Notes: generated by a model not told the origin, from the letters alone. A stretch of DNA of 64,000 nt from Oscillospiraceae bacterium (GCA_017516005.1 JAFWDU010000006.1:36678-100677); one strand, 5' to 3'; counted from the first letter of the stretch, positions 34,955-44,011 are shown. Program-made: numbers and translations.

Positions 34955-36121
34955 TTACAGGCCGAACGCAGCTTTAATCTCCGATTCTTTCAGGCCTGAG
35001 CCGATCACGCAAAGTCTGCCGGTTACGCCGGCAGGGCCGGTACGAATGTCCATCTCCTCTGGAACAAAATCAAAGTGCAGCCAGGTTCCGTCTTCCGCTG
35101 GAACAATGCCCTTTGCACGCAGGACAATTCCGAATTTTTCTTCATCGGAGAAAGCCTTCAAAGCCTGTTCAAGATATTCCTTCGTGAACTTTCTCGGCGT
35201 TTCCATTCCCCAGCTCTGGAATACTTCGTCTGCATCATGTCCGTGGTGATGATGGTGACGATGTTCATGGTGGTGTTCGTGTTCTTCTTCATCATGGTCA
35301 TGATGGTGATGTTCGTGCTCTTCCTCATCATGGTCATGATGGTGATGTTCGTGCTCTTCCTCATCATGGTCGTGATGGTGATGTTCGTGCTCTTCCTCAT
35401 CATGGTCGTGATGATGTTCATGCTCATCCTCATGATGGTGATGGTGCTCTTCTTCCTCTTCTTCGGCTTCGTGCTCAGCGGCTTCTTTCTCGGCTTCTGC
35501 TACAAGAGCCATCAGTTCGTCTGTAAGAGAAGAATTCCGCTCAATGACATCCAGAAGCTGCTTACCGCTGAGTTCCTCCCAAGGTGTCGTAACAACCGTA
35601 ACGCTGGGATTAATACCATGAATCAGTTCGAGCGCCTCATTCAGTTTCTTCTCAGCAATATTTCCGGTACGGCTGAGAATGACTGCGCCTGCAGATAGAA
35701 TCTGATTATTGTAGAATTCACCGAAATTCTTCAGATAGATCTTGCATTTCGTCGCATCAACAACAGCTGTGAAAGCATTGACCTGGAACTGTTCCCCTGC
35801 TCTCTGAACTGCAGCAATTACATCAGACAGTTTGCCGACACCAGATGGCTCAATGATGATTCTGTCCGGAGAAAACTGCTCAGCAACCTGATTCAGTGCC
35901 TGAGAGAAGTCACCCACCAGAGTGCAGCAGATACAGCCGGAGCTCATCTCGGTGATCTCAACGCCTGCGTCCTGCAGGAATCCGCCGTCGATAGCGATAT
36001 CACCGAACTCGTTCTCAATCAGAACAATCTTCTCGCCGGTATAGGCCTCAGCAATCATCTTGCGGATCAGGGTTGTTTTACCTGCTCCAAGGAAACCGGA
36101 ATAAATATCAATTTTGATCAT
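34955..36121 (-). CDS. COG0523 (CobW/ZigA/YjiA) family G3E GTPase metallochaperone with a long His/Glu/Asp-rich insert
   Basis: Walker A GFLGAGKTTL, a NEFGD segment, the metal-binding GCICCT (CxCC) motif, a His-rich linker and a CobW C-terminal domain (RAKGIVPAEDGTWLHFDFV). Confidence 0.85.
   Translation of the reverse strand: MIKIDIYSGFLGAGKTTLIRKMIAEAYTGEKIVLIENEFGDIAIDGGFLQDAGVEITEMSSGCICCTLVGDFSQALNQVAEQFSPDRIIIEPSGVGKLSDVIAAVQRAGEQFQVNAFTAVVDATKCKIYLKNFGEFYNNQILSAGAVILSRTGNIAEKKLNEALELIHGINPSVTVVTTPWEELSGKQLLDVIERNSSLTDELMALVAEAEKEAAEHEAEEEEEEHHHHHEDEHEHHHDHDEEEHEHHHHDHDEEEHEHHHHDHDEEEHEHHHHDHDEEEHEHHHEHRHHHHHGHDADEVFQSWGMETPRKFTKEYLEQALKAFSDEEKFGIVLRAKGIVPAEDGTWLHFDFVPEEMDIRTGPAGVTGRLCVIGSGLKESEIKAAFGL
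35291..35431 (-). repeat. In-frame 36-bp tandem repeat (three near-identical copies plus one degenerate 33-nt copy) encoding the DHDEEEHEHHHH units
   Basis: Segments 35291-35326 and 35327-35362 are identical. Segment 35363-35398 differs at one base. Segment 35399-35431 is a degenerate copy with a 3-nt deletion. Confidence 0.9.
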
Positions 36122-36152
36122 GAATAAACACCTTCCGAAAATTACTTACAAT

Positions 36153-36181
36153 AATATAGCATGATTTCAAAATGATGGCAA
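36153..36181 (-). promoter_or_regulatory. Sigma-A-like promoter for the COG0523 gene pair
   Basis: Minus strand has TTGCCA (36181..36176), a 17-nt spacer, then TATATT (36158..36153). Confidence 0.5.
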
Positions 36182-36237
36182 GTTGACACTCTTGTGAACA
36201 ACTGCCGTATTCAGAAACAATTACTGCACAATAAGGC

Positions 36238-37512
36238 TCAGACAACGCCAGTGATTTTCAGATTCTTCAGGCGAGTTACTCTGGGAATTACGGCGTTATT
36301 ATACTGCTCTGTTTCTGAAGAGAATTCCATGGTTGGAATAACGTCGCTCATCTGACCGGATACAGATCCACCACTGACAATCCGAACGTTTCCGTTCTGA
36401 TGAAGGTATCCGAGTCTGATTTCTCCGGCGACATCGCCTCCCATAGTATTCACCTGGAACGAGGAATACTCAACAACCTCCAAATAATCACCGGAACGGA
36501 TCTCCTCTTCCGATTTTCTTCCGCCCTCAACGACAAAGTTCTGAACAACAAAACTATCCTGAATGCCGAGATACTGGCAGTATCTGCGGTGTCCCCAGTT
36601 CTTTTCAATTCTGCCGTTCTTGATTAGTGTGCAGTCTTTCATTGCTGCGCCTTCTTCATCCACTGGGAAGTCATAAGAAGAGTTCTTCAGCGAAGATACC
36701 GCTTTTAAGGTGATAAGATCGCCAGTCATGTTCTCAGAAATATCCTTCCCGCAGGTCCAGTCGGATAGTTTGCTGTAAATCATATCAGCGCTCGCTTTTG
36801 AAGCGAAATACTTGTAGATCTGTACAGCATCATCCGTAGAGAAGATGACATCCATATCCTGAAGTTTCGGGGTCGGTTCTGTAATAAGGCGGTCTTTCGC
36901 GTAACGCAGTGCTTTTTCAATATCATGCGCAAGCTTATCCTTATCACAGGTACCGGAGCGGAAGCATCTGTACAGCTCAATTTCATGATCGCCGTTACGC
37001 GCATTCACAATCACTTCAATCATGGAGCTTGGATAGCGAATCGTATATTCTACCCCGTTTGAATTCAAAAAATGAACCGTGTTCTCTTTCACAAAAATCT
37101 CATAAGAATTGATGTCTTCCGTTTCTGTTTCACTGACATTTGTCATGGCAGAGATAAAATTCCTGGCGATTTCTGCAATGTCCACTTCCTTCATTTCACC
37201 CGGATTCAGTGGCTTGTCATTCAACTGGTAAACAGGATTCTTGACAAGTGATGCCTGAAAATAGATATCAGAAAGGCTCTTTTCGATATCAGAATCCGTC
37301 GCGCTCGGAGAAATTTCACCGGAAGCGGAGCCGAGAAAACCGTCTTCCAGCGGCCGATATAGTGTAACATTGAATGACTTTACATCAGTAACCCGATTCT
37401 GATCCAGTTCATGGCGAATAAAGTAGAACTCCCATCCGCGGGTTGTTGTCTCGGACAGTTCCCAAATGGAACAGCCAAGCGCGTTGATTTTCTCCAGTAT
37501 GCGTGCAAACAT
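36238..37512 (-). CDS. PmbA/TldE family protein (non-catalytic partner of TldD)
   Basis: About 424 aa, TldD/PmbA fold family without HExxxH. The ATG at 37512 overlaps the TldD stop (TGATG), which implies translational coupling. Confidence 0.7.
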   Translation of the reverse strand: MFARILEKINALGCSIWELSETTTRGWEFYFIRHELDQNRVTDVKSFNVTLYRPLEDGFLGSASGEISPSATDSDIEKSLSDIYFQASLVKNPVYQLNDKPLNPGEMKEVDIAEIARNFISAMTNVSETETEDINSYEIFVKENTVHFLNSNGVEYTIRYPSSMIEVIVNARNGDHEIELYRCFRSGTCDKDKLAHDIEKALRYAKDRLITEPTPKLQDMDVIFSTDDAVQIYKYFASKASADMIYSKLSDWTCGKDISENMTGDLITLKAVSSLKNSSYDFPVDEEGAAMKDCTLIKNGRIEKNWGHRRYCQYLGIQDSFVVQNFVVEGGRKSEEEIRSGDYLEVVEYSSFQVNTMGGDVAGEIRLGYLHQNGNVRIVSGGSVSGQMSDVIPTMEFSSETEQYNNAVIPRVTRLKNLKITGVV

Positions 37513-38945
37513 CAGCCGAGCCTCGCTTTCGTTTTCAGATAGGGGCCGCCGTCGGCAACTTTCACCCATTCCTTATGACCTTTACCGCACCCGCCGTTTC
37601 CTTCCACTTCGCGGTCGGTGGAAGCCATCGTAATGCCGCCAAGCAGGTCCGGTACATATCCTGTCATGACAACAGGAGAAACCACTTTTCCGGTCAGTAC
37701 GCCGTCCTTGATCTCATATCCTCGAGACATAATGCATTGAATGCCCCAGTGTTTTGGATCCTCCATGCCGCTTTCTGTGCCTTCCAGAAGATATCCGAAC
37801 TTCACGGATGCGATCATTTCCTCCAGTGTGTTCTCTCCGGAATCAAAGATTGTATTCGTCATTCGTGTATACACCTTATGAGAGAAGCTTTCACGTTTGC
37901 CGTTACCGGTTGGTTTCGTTCCAAGACGGAGCGCGGACAGTGCGTCACAGATGCCGGTTTTCAGAATACCGTGATCAATTTCCGTCACATCTCCGGCAAG
38001 GGTTCCCTCATCATCAAATACAAAAGCGGTGACACTTTCTTCACAGAGTGCACCCTCATGCATCGTACAAAGATCGGAGCCGACCCGCTTTCCAATGTAT
38101 TCTGCACCAAGCGCACGATTCTTGACAAACATGTCCATTTCAACGCCATGCCCGAATGCTTCATGAGCAATGAGTCCGCTGATTCCGGGATCCGTTATAA
38201 TCTCGTACTCACCAGGAACAATCTTCTCAGAAGAAAGCATCTCTTCCATGGTTTTCGGCATATTTGCAAGAACGTCATTCAGTCCATCCAGTACTTCCGG
38301 ACCGCAGCATCCGGATACGCCTTTATACGCGAGTTTGATCTCACCGGCGTCACTGGGTGCATATGCCATGCATGTACCCTCCGTATATACATAGCTCTGA
38401 CGAAGGAACCGGTTTTCTGAGATAAACATTTTGGAAATATGAGTGGAAGAAGCGCTGATTCTGCAGTCAAGTGCTCTGGGAATCGTATGTACACCACAGT
38501 CAGACATGGCGGAAAACTGATCTACAAGACGTTTCATGTCTTCCTCTTCCGGAAGGCGTTGCGTTTCCTTCTCAACAAAGAGTTCCAATGGTTCATCCAA
38601 CAGAACAGGCGTATCATAAATCCTGGTTCCGGTTTTAGCCATGATGTCAAACTGTCTGTTGAGTTCATTTTTAATGGATTCAGCAAGCAGTTCCATGTTT
38701 TCGGGTACTTCATTGAACGCGTATTCGCTGTAAAGGCCGTTACGGTATACGCGAACGACATTGCCGCGTTCAGTTGTCATGTTTTTGCCGGATACAGATT
38801 TGCTGCGCTGAGAGATTGAAATAGTGAATCCAACGGAATCCGTGGAAAGAATACTCACGTATTCAAAAGACTTGCCGAGTATCCCTACAAGCGTTTTCAA
38901 ACTGGGAGATAGAGAATCCAGATATGCGGAAAACGGAGCTTTCAT
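37512..38945 (-). CDS. tldD: TldD family zinc metalloprotease
   Basis: 477 aa with the HEAFGHGVEMD metal-binding motif (HExxxH) and a TldD/PmbA C-terminal domain. Confidence 0.8.
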   Translation of the reverse strand: MKAPFSAYLDSLSPSLKTLVGILGKSFEYVSILSTDSVGFTISISQRSKSVSGKNMTTERGNVVRVYRNGLYSEYAFNEVPENMELLAESIKNELNRQFDIMAKTGTRIYDTPVLLDEPLELFVEKETQRLPEEEDMKRLVDQFSAMSDCGVHTIPRALDCRISASSTHISKMFISENRFLRQSYVYTEGTCMAYAPSDAGEIKLAYKGVSGCCGPEVLDGLNDVLANMPKTMEEMLSSEKIVPGEYEIITDPGISGLIAHEAFGHGVEMDMFVKNRALGAEYIGKRVGSDLCTMHEGALCEESVTAFVFDDEGTLAGDVTEIDHGILKTGICDALSALRLGTKPTGNGKRESFSHKVYTRMTNTIFDSGENTLEEMIASVKFGYLLEGTESGMEDPKHWGIQCIMSRGYEIKDGVLTGKVVSPVVMTGYVPDLLGGITMASTDREVEGNGGCGKGHKEWVKVADGGPYLKTKARLG

Positions 38946-38985
38946 CGAACCATCCTTTCTGAACGACTACAGAAAATAAGATTAA

Positions 38986-39016
38986 AACCTCTTTTGCCGG
39001 TTCAGCAAAAGAGGTT
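38986..39016 (-). terminator. Intrinsic terminator after the tRNA-Ser pair
   Basis: AACCTCTTTTGC..GCAAAAGAGGTT, followed on the minus strand by TTTTAATCTT. Confidence 0.75.
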
Positions 39017-39023
39017 TCTTGCT

Positions 39024-39115
39024 TGGCGGAGAAGGCGGGATTTGAACCCGCGCGTGCGGTTTAGACACCTACTCCCTTAGCAGGGGAGCCCCTTCGGCCA
39101 CTTGGGTACTTCTCC
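39024..39115 (-). tRNA. tRNA-Ser (anticodon GCU), CCA encoded
   Basis: Hand-folded. Acceptor GGAGAAG/CTTCTCC, anticodon stem-loop CTCCC-CTGCTAA-GGGAG, long variable arm, T arm GCGGG-TTCAAAT-CCCGC, 3' GCCA. Confidence 0.9.
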
Positions 39116-39136
39116 AGGCCGGTAATTTGAAAGATG

Positions 39137-39227
39137 TGGCGGAGAGAGTGGGATTCGAACCCACGGTGCCGTTTCCGGCATCACTGGTTTTCAAGACCAG
39201 CTCCTTAAACCGCTCGGACATCTCTCC
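39137..39227 (-). tRNA. tRNA-Ser (anticodon UGA), CCA encoded
   Basis: Hand-folded. Acceptor GGAGAGA/TCTCTCC, anticodon stem-loop CTGGT-CTTGAAA-ACCAG, long variable arm, T arm GTGGG-TTCGAAT-CCCAC, 3' GCCA. Confidence 0.9.
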
Positions 39228-39249
39228 GTTTATCTCGAAATGCGCGCTT

Positions 39250-39278
39250 ATCTTATCACACGGAAGTTCCATTGTCAA
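39250..39278 (-). promoter_or_regulatory. Sigma-A promoter for the tRNA-Ser pair
   Basis: Minus strand has TTGACA (39278..39273), a 17-nt spacer, then TAAGAT (39255..39250), about 20 nt upstream of the first tRNA. Confidence 0.6.
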
Positions 39279-39345
39279 CCTAAAAGGAACGTAAAAACAA
39301 CGTCCTTCGTCCAACATGAGCAAGCGTAATACGGAATCCGAATGG

Positions 39346-39373
39346 GCTCCGGCTGCGGTAATGCAGCCGGAGC
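39346..39373 (-). terminator. Hairpin downstream of tyrS
   Basis: GCTCCGGCTGC-ggtaat-GCAGCCGGAGC. The U tract is weak. Confidence 0.5.
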
Positions 39374-39385
39374 ACTTCAGCAGGA

Positions 39386-40612
39386 TTACTCCTCGAGGAT
39401 TGCCTTGTGGAATACTTTTTTGCCCTTGCGAAGCTTCAGACCAGCCTTAAGATCCTCTGCAGTATAAGAGACATTCACTGCTGGAACCTTCTCATCATTT
39501 ACAAATACTCCGCCCTGCTGAACCAGACGACGCGCTTCGGAGTTGCTTGCAGCAAGTCCGCATACCACCATCAGATCCAGAATACCGATACCGTTATCTT
39601 TCAGGCGATCAGCGGAAATGGCTGTCGTTGGCATATTGCTGTCGTCCGCGCCGCTGCCGAACAGAGCTTTTGCTGCTTCCTCCGCCTTTTTCGCTTCTTC
39701 TTCGCCATGGACAAGTTTCGTTAGCTCAAATGCGAGAATTTCCTTTGCCCTGTTCAGCTGACTGCCTTCCCACTGATCCATAGCATCAATTTCCTCAAGA
39801 GGAAGGAATGTCAGCATACGGATGCATTTCAGGACATCCTGGTCACCCACATTGCGCCAATACTGATAGAATTCAAATGGGGATGTCTTGTTGGGATCAA
39901 GCCACACAGCTCCGCTTGCAGTTTTGCCCATCTTCTTGCCTTCCGAATTCATCAGAAGCGTGATGGTCATAGCATGCGCGTCCTTGCCCAGCTTTTTCCG
40001 GATCAGTTCCGTGCCGCCAAGCATGTTTGACCACTGGTCATCACCGCCGAACTGCATATTGCATCCGTAATGCTGGAAGAGATAGTAGAAATCGTAGGAC
40101 TGCATGATCATGTAGTTGAATTCCAGGAAGCTAAGTCCCTTTTCCATGCGCTGCTTGTAGCACTCTGCACGAAGCATGTTGTTTACAGAGAAGCAGGCGC
40201 CGACTTCACGGAGAAGCTCGATATAGTTCAGCTTCAGAAGCCAGTCGGCATTGTTTACCATGATTGCTTTATCCGGACCGAAATCAATAAACCGCTCCAT
40301 CTGTTTGCGGAAGCATTCGCAGTTATGTTGGATGGTCTCAGGAGTCATCATGGAACGCATGTCCGTACGTCCGGAGGGATCTCCGATATAACCGGTACCG
40401 CCGCCAACCAGAACAACCGGCTTGTTGCCGACCATCTGCAGGCGCTTCATCAGGCAAAGAGCCATAAAATGTCCAACATGGAGAGAATCTGCAGTGGGAT
40501 CGAAGCCAATATAAAAGGTTGCCTTTCCTGCATTGATCATCTCACGAATTTCAGGTTCATTGGTCACCTGTGCGATCAGACCTCTGGCCTGAAGTTCTTC
40601 ATACATTCCCAT
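39386..40612 (-). CDS. tyrS: Tyrosine--tRNA ligase
   Basis: HIGH-type motif (LHVGHF), KMSKS-type motif (KKMGKT) and a C-terminal S4 domain. ATG at 40612 has an AAGGAG RBS 8 nt upstream. Confidence 0.95.
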   Translation of the reverse strand: MGMYEELQARGLIAQVTNEPEIREMINAGKATFYIGFDPTADSLHVGHFMALCLMKRLQMVGNKPVVLVGGGTGYIGDPSGRTDMRSMMTPETIQHNCECFRKQMERFIDFGPDKAIMVNNADWLLKLNYIELLREVGACFSVNNMLRAECYKQRMEKGLSFLEFNYMIMQSYDFYYLFQHYGCNMQFGGDDQWSNMLGGTELIRKKLGKDAHAMTITLLMNSEGKKMGKTASGAVWLDPNKTSPFEFYQYWRNVGDQDVLKCIRMLTFLPLEEIDAMDQWEGSQLNRAKEILAFELTKLVHGEEEAKKAEEAAKALFGSGADDSNMPTTAISADRLKDNGIGILDLMVVCGLAASNSEARRLVQQGGVFVNDEKVPAVNVSYTAEDLKAGLKLRKGKKVFHKAILEE

Positions 40613-40642
40613 TTTTCTATCTCCTTTTACAGAATTGAATTC

Positions 40643-40911
40643 ATAAAAAAGCGCCCCTGCTCGTACGAGCAGAGGATGCAAAACTGCGTGGTACCACCTC
40701 TGGTTTGCTGCATTTCTCGCGAAAACAGCCTCAACAGGTGCTCAAAGAACACCTTAACGCGGTAACGGGCGCACCCGTCTTTCCCTACGGATCTCTTTCA
40801 GGAAAACTGCTCCGGAATGTATTTCATCAGTCTGGTCTGTGTCTTTTCACCGGACAGACACTCTCTGAAAGATCAGGATCTGATTACTTCTTTCCATCAT
40901 TGCCATTGTTT
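40643..40911 (-). promoter_or_regulatory. T-box riboswitch leader, tyrosine specifier (UAC)
   Basis: Minus strand shows stem I with AGAGAG and GGUGAAA elements. The specifier loop GAAAUACA has UAC at 40821..40819. The T-box sequence is AGAGGUGGUACCACG (about 40685-40700). A terminator GCAUCCUCUGCUCGUACGAGCAGGGGCGC followed by UUUUUU closes the leader. Confidence 0.85.
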
Positions 40912-40917
40912 GGACGT

Positions 40918-40946
40918 ATCTTAGCAGATTCAAAAATGAAAGTCAA
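40918..40946 (-). promoter_or_regulatory. Sigma-A promoter for the tyrS T-box leader
   Basis: Minus strand has TTGACT (40946..40941), a 17-nt spacer, then TAAGAT (40923..40918). Confidence 0.55.
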
Positions 40947-40989
40947 CCAGCAAATTATCGGGTTTTCCGTCATCGTAATATTCGAAATA

Positions 40990-42675
40990 CTATTCTATCT
41001 TTGCGTTGCAAGTGGCATGAAAAGCGTCAGACGCGAGAAGCATCTCCTCTGCAGAAGCAAGAAGCGTATCGGTTATCTTTGCACCGCCTGTGAGCCGCGC
41101 AAGCTCTTCCCTTCGGCCCTGACGGTCCAGAGGATTTACCGTCGTGTAGGTCCTTCCCCCGTGCTCTTCTTTCGTAATTGAGAAATGAACGTCAGCCATG
41201 GCAGCGAGCTGCGGGAGATGCGTTACACAGAGAACCTGTTTGCCGACGGAGACGGAGTAGAGTTTTTCGGCGACTTTCTGTGCAGCCTTTCCGGAAACAC
41301 CCGTATCCACCTCATCGAAGATCAGGGTTCCAACCTGATCACGTTCAGAGAGCACATTCTTCATAGCAAGCATGATTCTTGCAAGCTCACCGCCGGAAGC
41401 AACCTTGTTGATCGGCCGGAGCGCTTCACCGGCATTCGCAGACATAAGAAACCGTGCAGAATCAGAGCCGGAAGGGCCAAGCTGGCCGGACTCAAGAACA
41501 CATTTAAAAGCAATTCTCGGCATTGCCAGCTGCTTCAGCTCCGACTGAAGCTGTTCTCCGAGCCGAATTCCGGCTTCTTCGCGTACCTCATGCAGCTTTT
41601 CTGCAAGAATACCGGCAGCCTTTTCCTGCTCAGCCAGCTGCCTGGACAGCCGTTCAACAATGTCAGAAGAGAATTCAATTTCTTCCAGTTCCTTCTTAGC
41701 GTCTGCAAGATAAGTAAGCATTTCAGCCACATTGGCGCCATACTTCTTCAGTTTCTGAATGGTATTCAGCCTGGATTCGATCTGTTCCAGATCATCATCA
41801 GAGAAGTCCATATCGTCTTTTGCATCTCGAAGAAGCGAAGCGGCTTCCTCCGCGGCAAAGCGAAGATCTGAGAGTTTTGTTTTCAGTTCATCAAATGCAT
41901 CCGTCAGCTTGCCAAGCTGCGACACAGAATGTTCCGCATCAGAGAGCAGTTCCAATGCTCCGCCGGTTTCATCATCTCCGTACAGTGCAGCATAGGCTTC
42001 TGAGATGCCTACAGAAAGCTTTTCGGCGTTCTGAAGAAGCTTCTTGCGTTCCAGAAGGGAATCATCCTCCCCTTTCCGGAGTTTTGCCCGTTCCAGTTCC
42101 GCAATCTGATACTGCAGCATCTCCATGCGGCGCTGCTTTTCTCCTTCGTTCATACTCATACGATCCAGTTCCTGGCGGGTCTGTATCATAGCATCATAGG
42201 CGATACGGTACTCTTCCAAAAGGCTTTCGTCTTCGGCATAGAGATCAAGATACTGCAGATGAAACCGCTCATCAAAAAGCTGCTGCGCGTCATGCTGACC
42301 GTGAATGTTAATCAGCTGACGGCCGAGGTCCCGAAGCATCGCGACGCTGACAGTTCTGCCGTTCACCCGGCAGAGATTTTTTCCATCCGCAAATACTTCG
42401 CGCTGCAGAATTGTTTCCGCATCATATGGGATCGCGTTTTCTTCAAACCATTTCAGCTCAGGCGTGCCGGTGAAAATACCGGAAACATATGCCTTTTCCG
42501 CTCCCGTGCGAATCACTTCCCGGTAGGTCCTTTCTCCGGCAATCGCACTGATTGCATCAATGACGATGGATTTGCCGGCACCCGTCTCACCGGTAAGCAC
42601 GTTGAATCCGCGGTCGAAGGTAATCTCAGCATGCTCAATGACCGCAATATTCTCAATTTGAAGGGTCCTCAGCAT
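40990..42675 (-). CDS. recN: DNA repair protein RecN
   Basis: 561 aa; N-terminal Walker A GETGAGKSI, long coiled coil, C-terminal ASGGELARIMLA signature and FDEVDTG. Confidence 0.95.
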   Translation of the reverse strand: MLRTLQIENIAVIEHAEITFDRGFNVLTGETGAGKSIVIDAISAIAGERTYREVIRTGAEKAYVSGIFTGTPELKWFEENAIPYDAETILQREVFADGKNLCRVNGRTVSVAMLRDLGRQLINIHGQHDAQQLFDERFHLQYLDLYAEDESLLEEYRIAYDAMIQTRQELDRMSMNEGEKQRRMEMLQYQIAELERAKLRKGEDDSLLERKKLLQNAEKLSVGISEAYAALYGDDETGGALELLSDAEHSVSQLGKLTDAFDELKTKLSDLRFAAEEAASLLRDAKDDMDFSDDDLEQIESRLNTIQKLKKYGANVAEMLTYLADAKKELEEIEFSSDIVERLSRQLAEQEKAAGILAEKLHEVREEAGIRLGEQLQSELKQLAMPRIAFKCVLESGQLGPSGSDSARFLMSANAGEALRPINKVASGGELARIMLAMKNVLSERDQVGTLIFDEVDTGVSGKAAQKVAEKLYSVSVGKQVLCVTHLPQLAAMADVHFSITKEEHGGRTYTTVNPLDRQGRREELARLTGGAKITDTLLASAEEMLLASDAFHATCNAKIE

Positions 42676-42688
42676 GTGAACGCGCCTC

Positions 42689-43144
42689 CTAATTTCGTAT
42701 CAGTTTGCTGATCTGAGTACACAGAGAGGTTGCAGTGGAAGAATCCCTGAGGATAATCAATGCGGTATCATCACCAGCCAACGTTCCGACCACACTGGGC
42801 AGATTCATGGCGTCCACAGCGCTGCAGGCGGCATTTGCCAGGCCTGGCATTGTTTTGATTACAAGCAGGTTCTGGGCACAGTCGCAGCTAGTTGCGCATT
42901 CCCGGAATATGGTATTCAGTTTTGCAGATGCAGTGCTTACCTGATCGGATCTTGAAGCAGCATATCGATACGCTCCGCTGGAGGAGAGTTCTTTTACAAT
43001 CCGCAAATCCTTAATATCGCGGGATATGGTCGCCTGTGTTGTCTTAAAGCCCTCCTGCTTCAGGGCATCAAGCAGCTGCTCCTGTGTTTCAATATCTTCC
43101 CTGGCGATGATCTCCAGTATTTTTTCCTGTCGATTCAATTTCAT
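42689..43144 (-). CDS. argR: Arginine repressor
   Basis: 151 aa; N-terminal winged helix (QEQLLDALKQEGFKTTQATISRDIKDL) and C-terminal GTLAGDDT oligomerisation/arginine-binding motif. Confidence 0.9.
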   Translation of the reverse strand: MKLNRQEKILEIIAREDIETQEQLLDALKQEGFKTTQATISRDIKDLRIVKELSSSGAYRYAASRSDQVSTASAKLNTIFRECATSCDCAQNLLVIKTMPGLANAACSAVDAMNLPSVVGTLAGDDTALIILRDSSTATSLCTQISKLIRN

Positions 43145-43153
43145 ATGATCACC

Positions 43154-44011
43154 TTAAACCGCACCTAGCTTTTCCCGGACGACCCGGTAGAAACTGGTCC
43201 CTTTCAGTTTCATCAGTTTTGTCTCATGAGCGCTTCTGTGAAGACGGATCTCATCATCCTGACCCAGACGGACCGCCTTTCCGCCGTCAACGGACAGAAA
43301 TGCGTTTCGCTTTCCGATTCTTCCGATTCTGACCGTGATTGCACGGTCCTTTGCAGTTACAAGGCACTGCGCGTTCATGGTATGTGCACAAATGGGAGTG
43401 ATAATAATGTTACGTGCAGTTGCTTCCACAATCGGTCCGCCTGCAGATACGGAATAAGCAGTGGAGCCGGTTGGCGTACAGACAATCACGCCGTCTCCAG
43501 TAAAGGAACTGGCCTCCACTCCGTCGCAGAACACAGAGAGCTGAATAACACGAGCAACAGCGCCTTTTGTAATCACCGCATCATTGAGTGCAGAGTCCGA
43601 ATAGATAATCTTTCCTTCCCGCCATACTTCCACATCCAGCATCATCCGATGCTCAATGTCATAATCTCCATGTGAAATCCTGCTGAGAAGATTCAGTTCA
43701 GTCGCTTCCAGTTCTGCCATAAAGCCCATGGAGCCGGTATTGATTCCAAGGATAGGAATCCCGTAATCAAGGACCAGTTTGGACGCATGCAGAATGGTCC
43801 CGTCGCCGCCGAAGCAGATCAGAAGATCCGATCCGGGCAGTTCGTCATCCATATTGAAAAGCCTGACATCGGTTCTCCCGTCGGAATCCATATAAAACGG
43901 AAGACAGATGCGGGTATCCAGTCCGGATTCACGCAGAATCCGTTCGGCCTCAAGTGTGGTACGGAATCCCCTGTCTCTGAACGGATTGGGCGATAGAATC
44001 ACCTTTTTCAT
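43154..44011 (-). CDS. nadK: NAD kinase
   Basis: GGDGT motif (FGGDGTILH) and a C-terminal TPTGSTAYS motif. Confidence 0.9.
   Translation of the reverse strand: MKKVILSPNPFRDRGFRTTLEAERILRESGLDTRICLPFYMDSDGRTDVRLFNMDDELPGSDLLICFGGDGTILHASKLVLDYGIPILGINTGSMGFMAELEATELNLLSRISHGDYDIEHRMMLDVEVWREGKIIYSDSALNDAVITKGAVARVIQLSVFCDGVEASSFTGDGVIVCTPTGSTAYSVSAGGPIVEATARNIIITPICAHTMNAQCLVTAKDRAITVRIGRIGKRNAFLSVDGGKAVRLGQDDEIRLHRSAHETKLMKLKGTSFYRVVREKLGAV

Noticed and set aside
35291-35431. Possible CRISPR-like or minisatellite array suggested by regularly spaced repeats
   Set aside because: The units are directly adjacent with no spacers, are in frame, and lie inside a well-supported CDS. No cas genes are present in the window.
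35075-35698. Plus-strand 207-aa ORF (MVMMVMFVLFLIMV.. repeats) and minus-strand 91-aa ORF 35158-35433 (TTMMRKSTNIT.. repeats) over the His-rich region
   Set aside because: Both are alternative-frame readings of the 36-bp tandem repeat inside the COG0523 gene. That gene's frame is supported by flanking Walker A, CxCC and CobW C-terminal domain motifs.
36122-36237. Zur/Fur-family box upstream of the COG0523 genes
   Set aside because: I looked for a TCGTAAT-N-ATTACGA-like 7-1-7 dyad and found only AT-rich sequence with no convincing dyad. No metal-regulator site is claimed.
37503-38420. Long antisense ORFs inside well-supported genes: 37503-38420 (+) in tldD, 14138-14920 (+) in the EF-G paralog, 34083-34865 (+) in the G3E fusion gene, 18989-19594 (-) in ftsH, 1340-1960 (+) across the GNAT and YlmH genes
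   Set aside because: Each is opposite a CDS with clear family motifs, lacks an RBS or promoter, and has a low-complexity or unrecognisable translation. I treat them all as shadow ORFs.
39069-39323. 84-aa minus-strand ORF overlapping the tRNA region
   Set aside because: It overlaps both tRNA-Ser genes and their promoter. It is an artefact of the structured RNA sequence.
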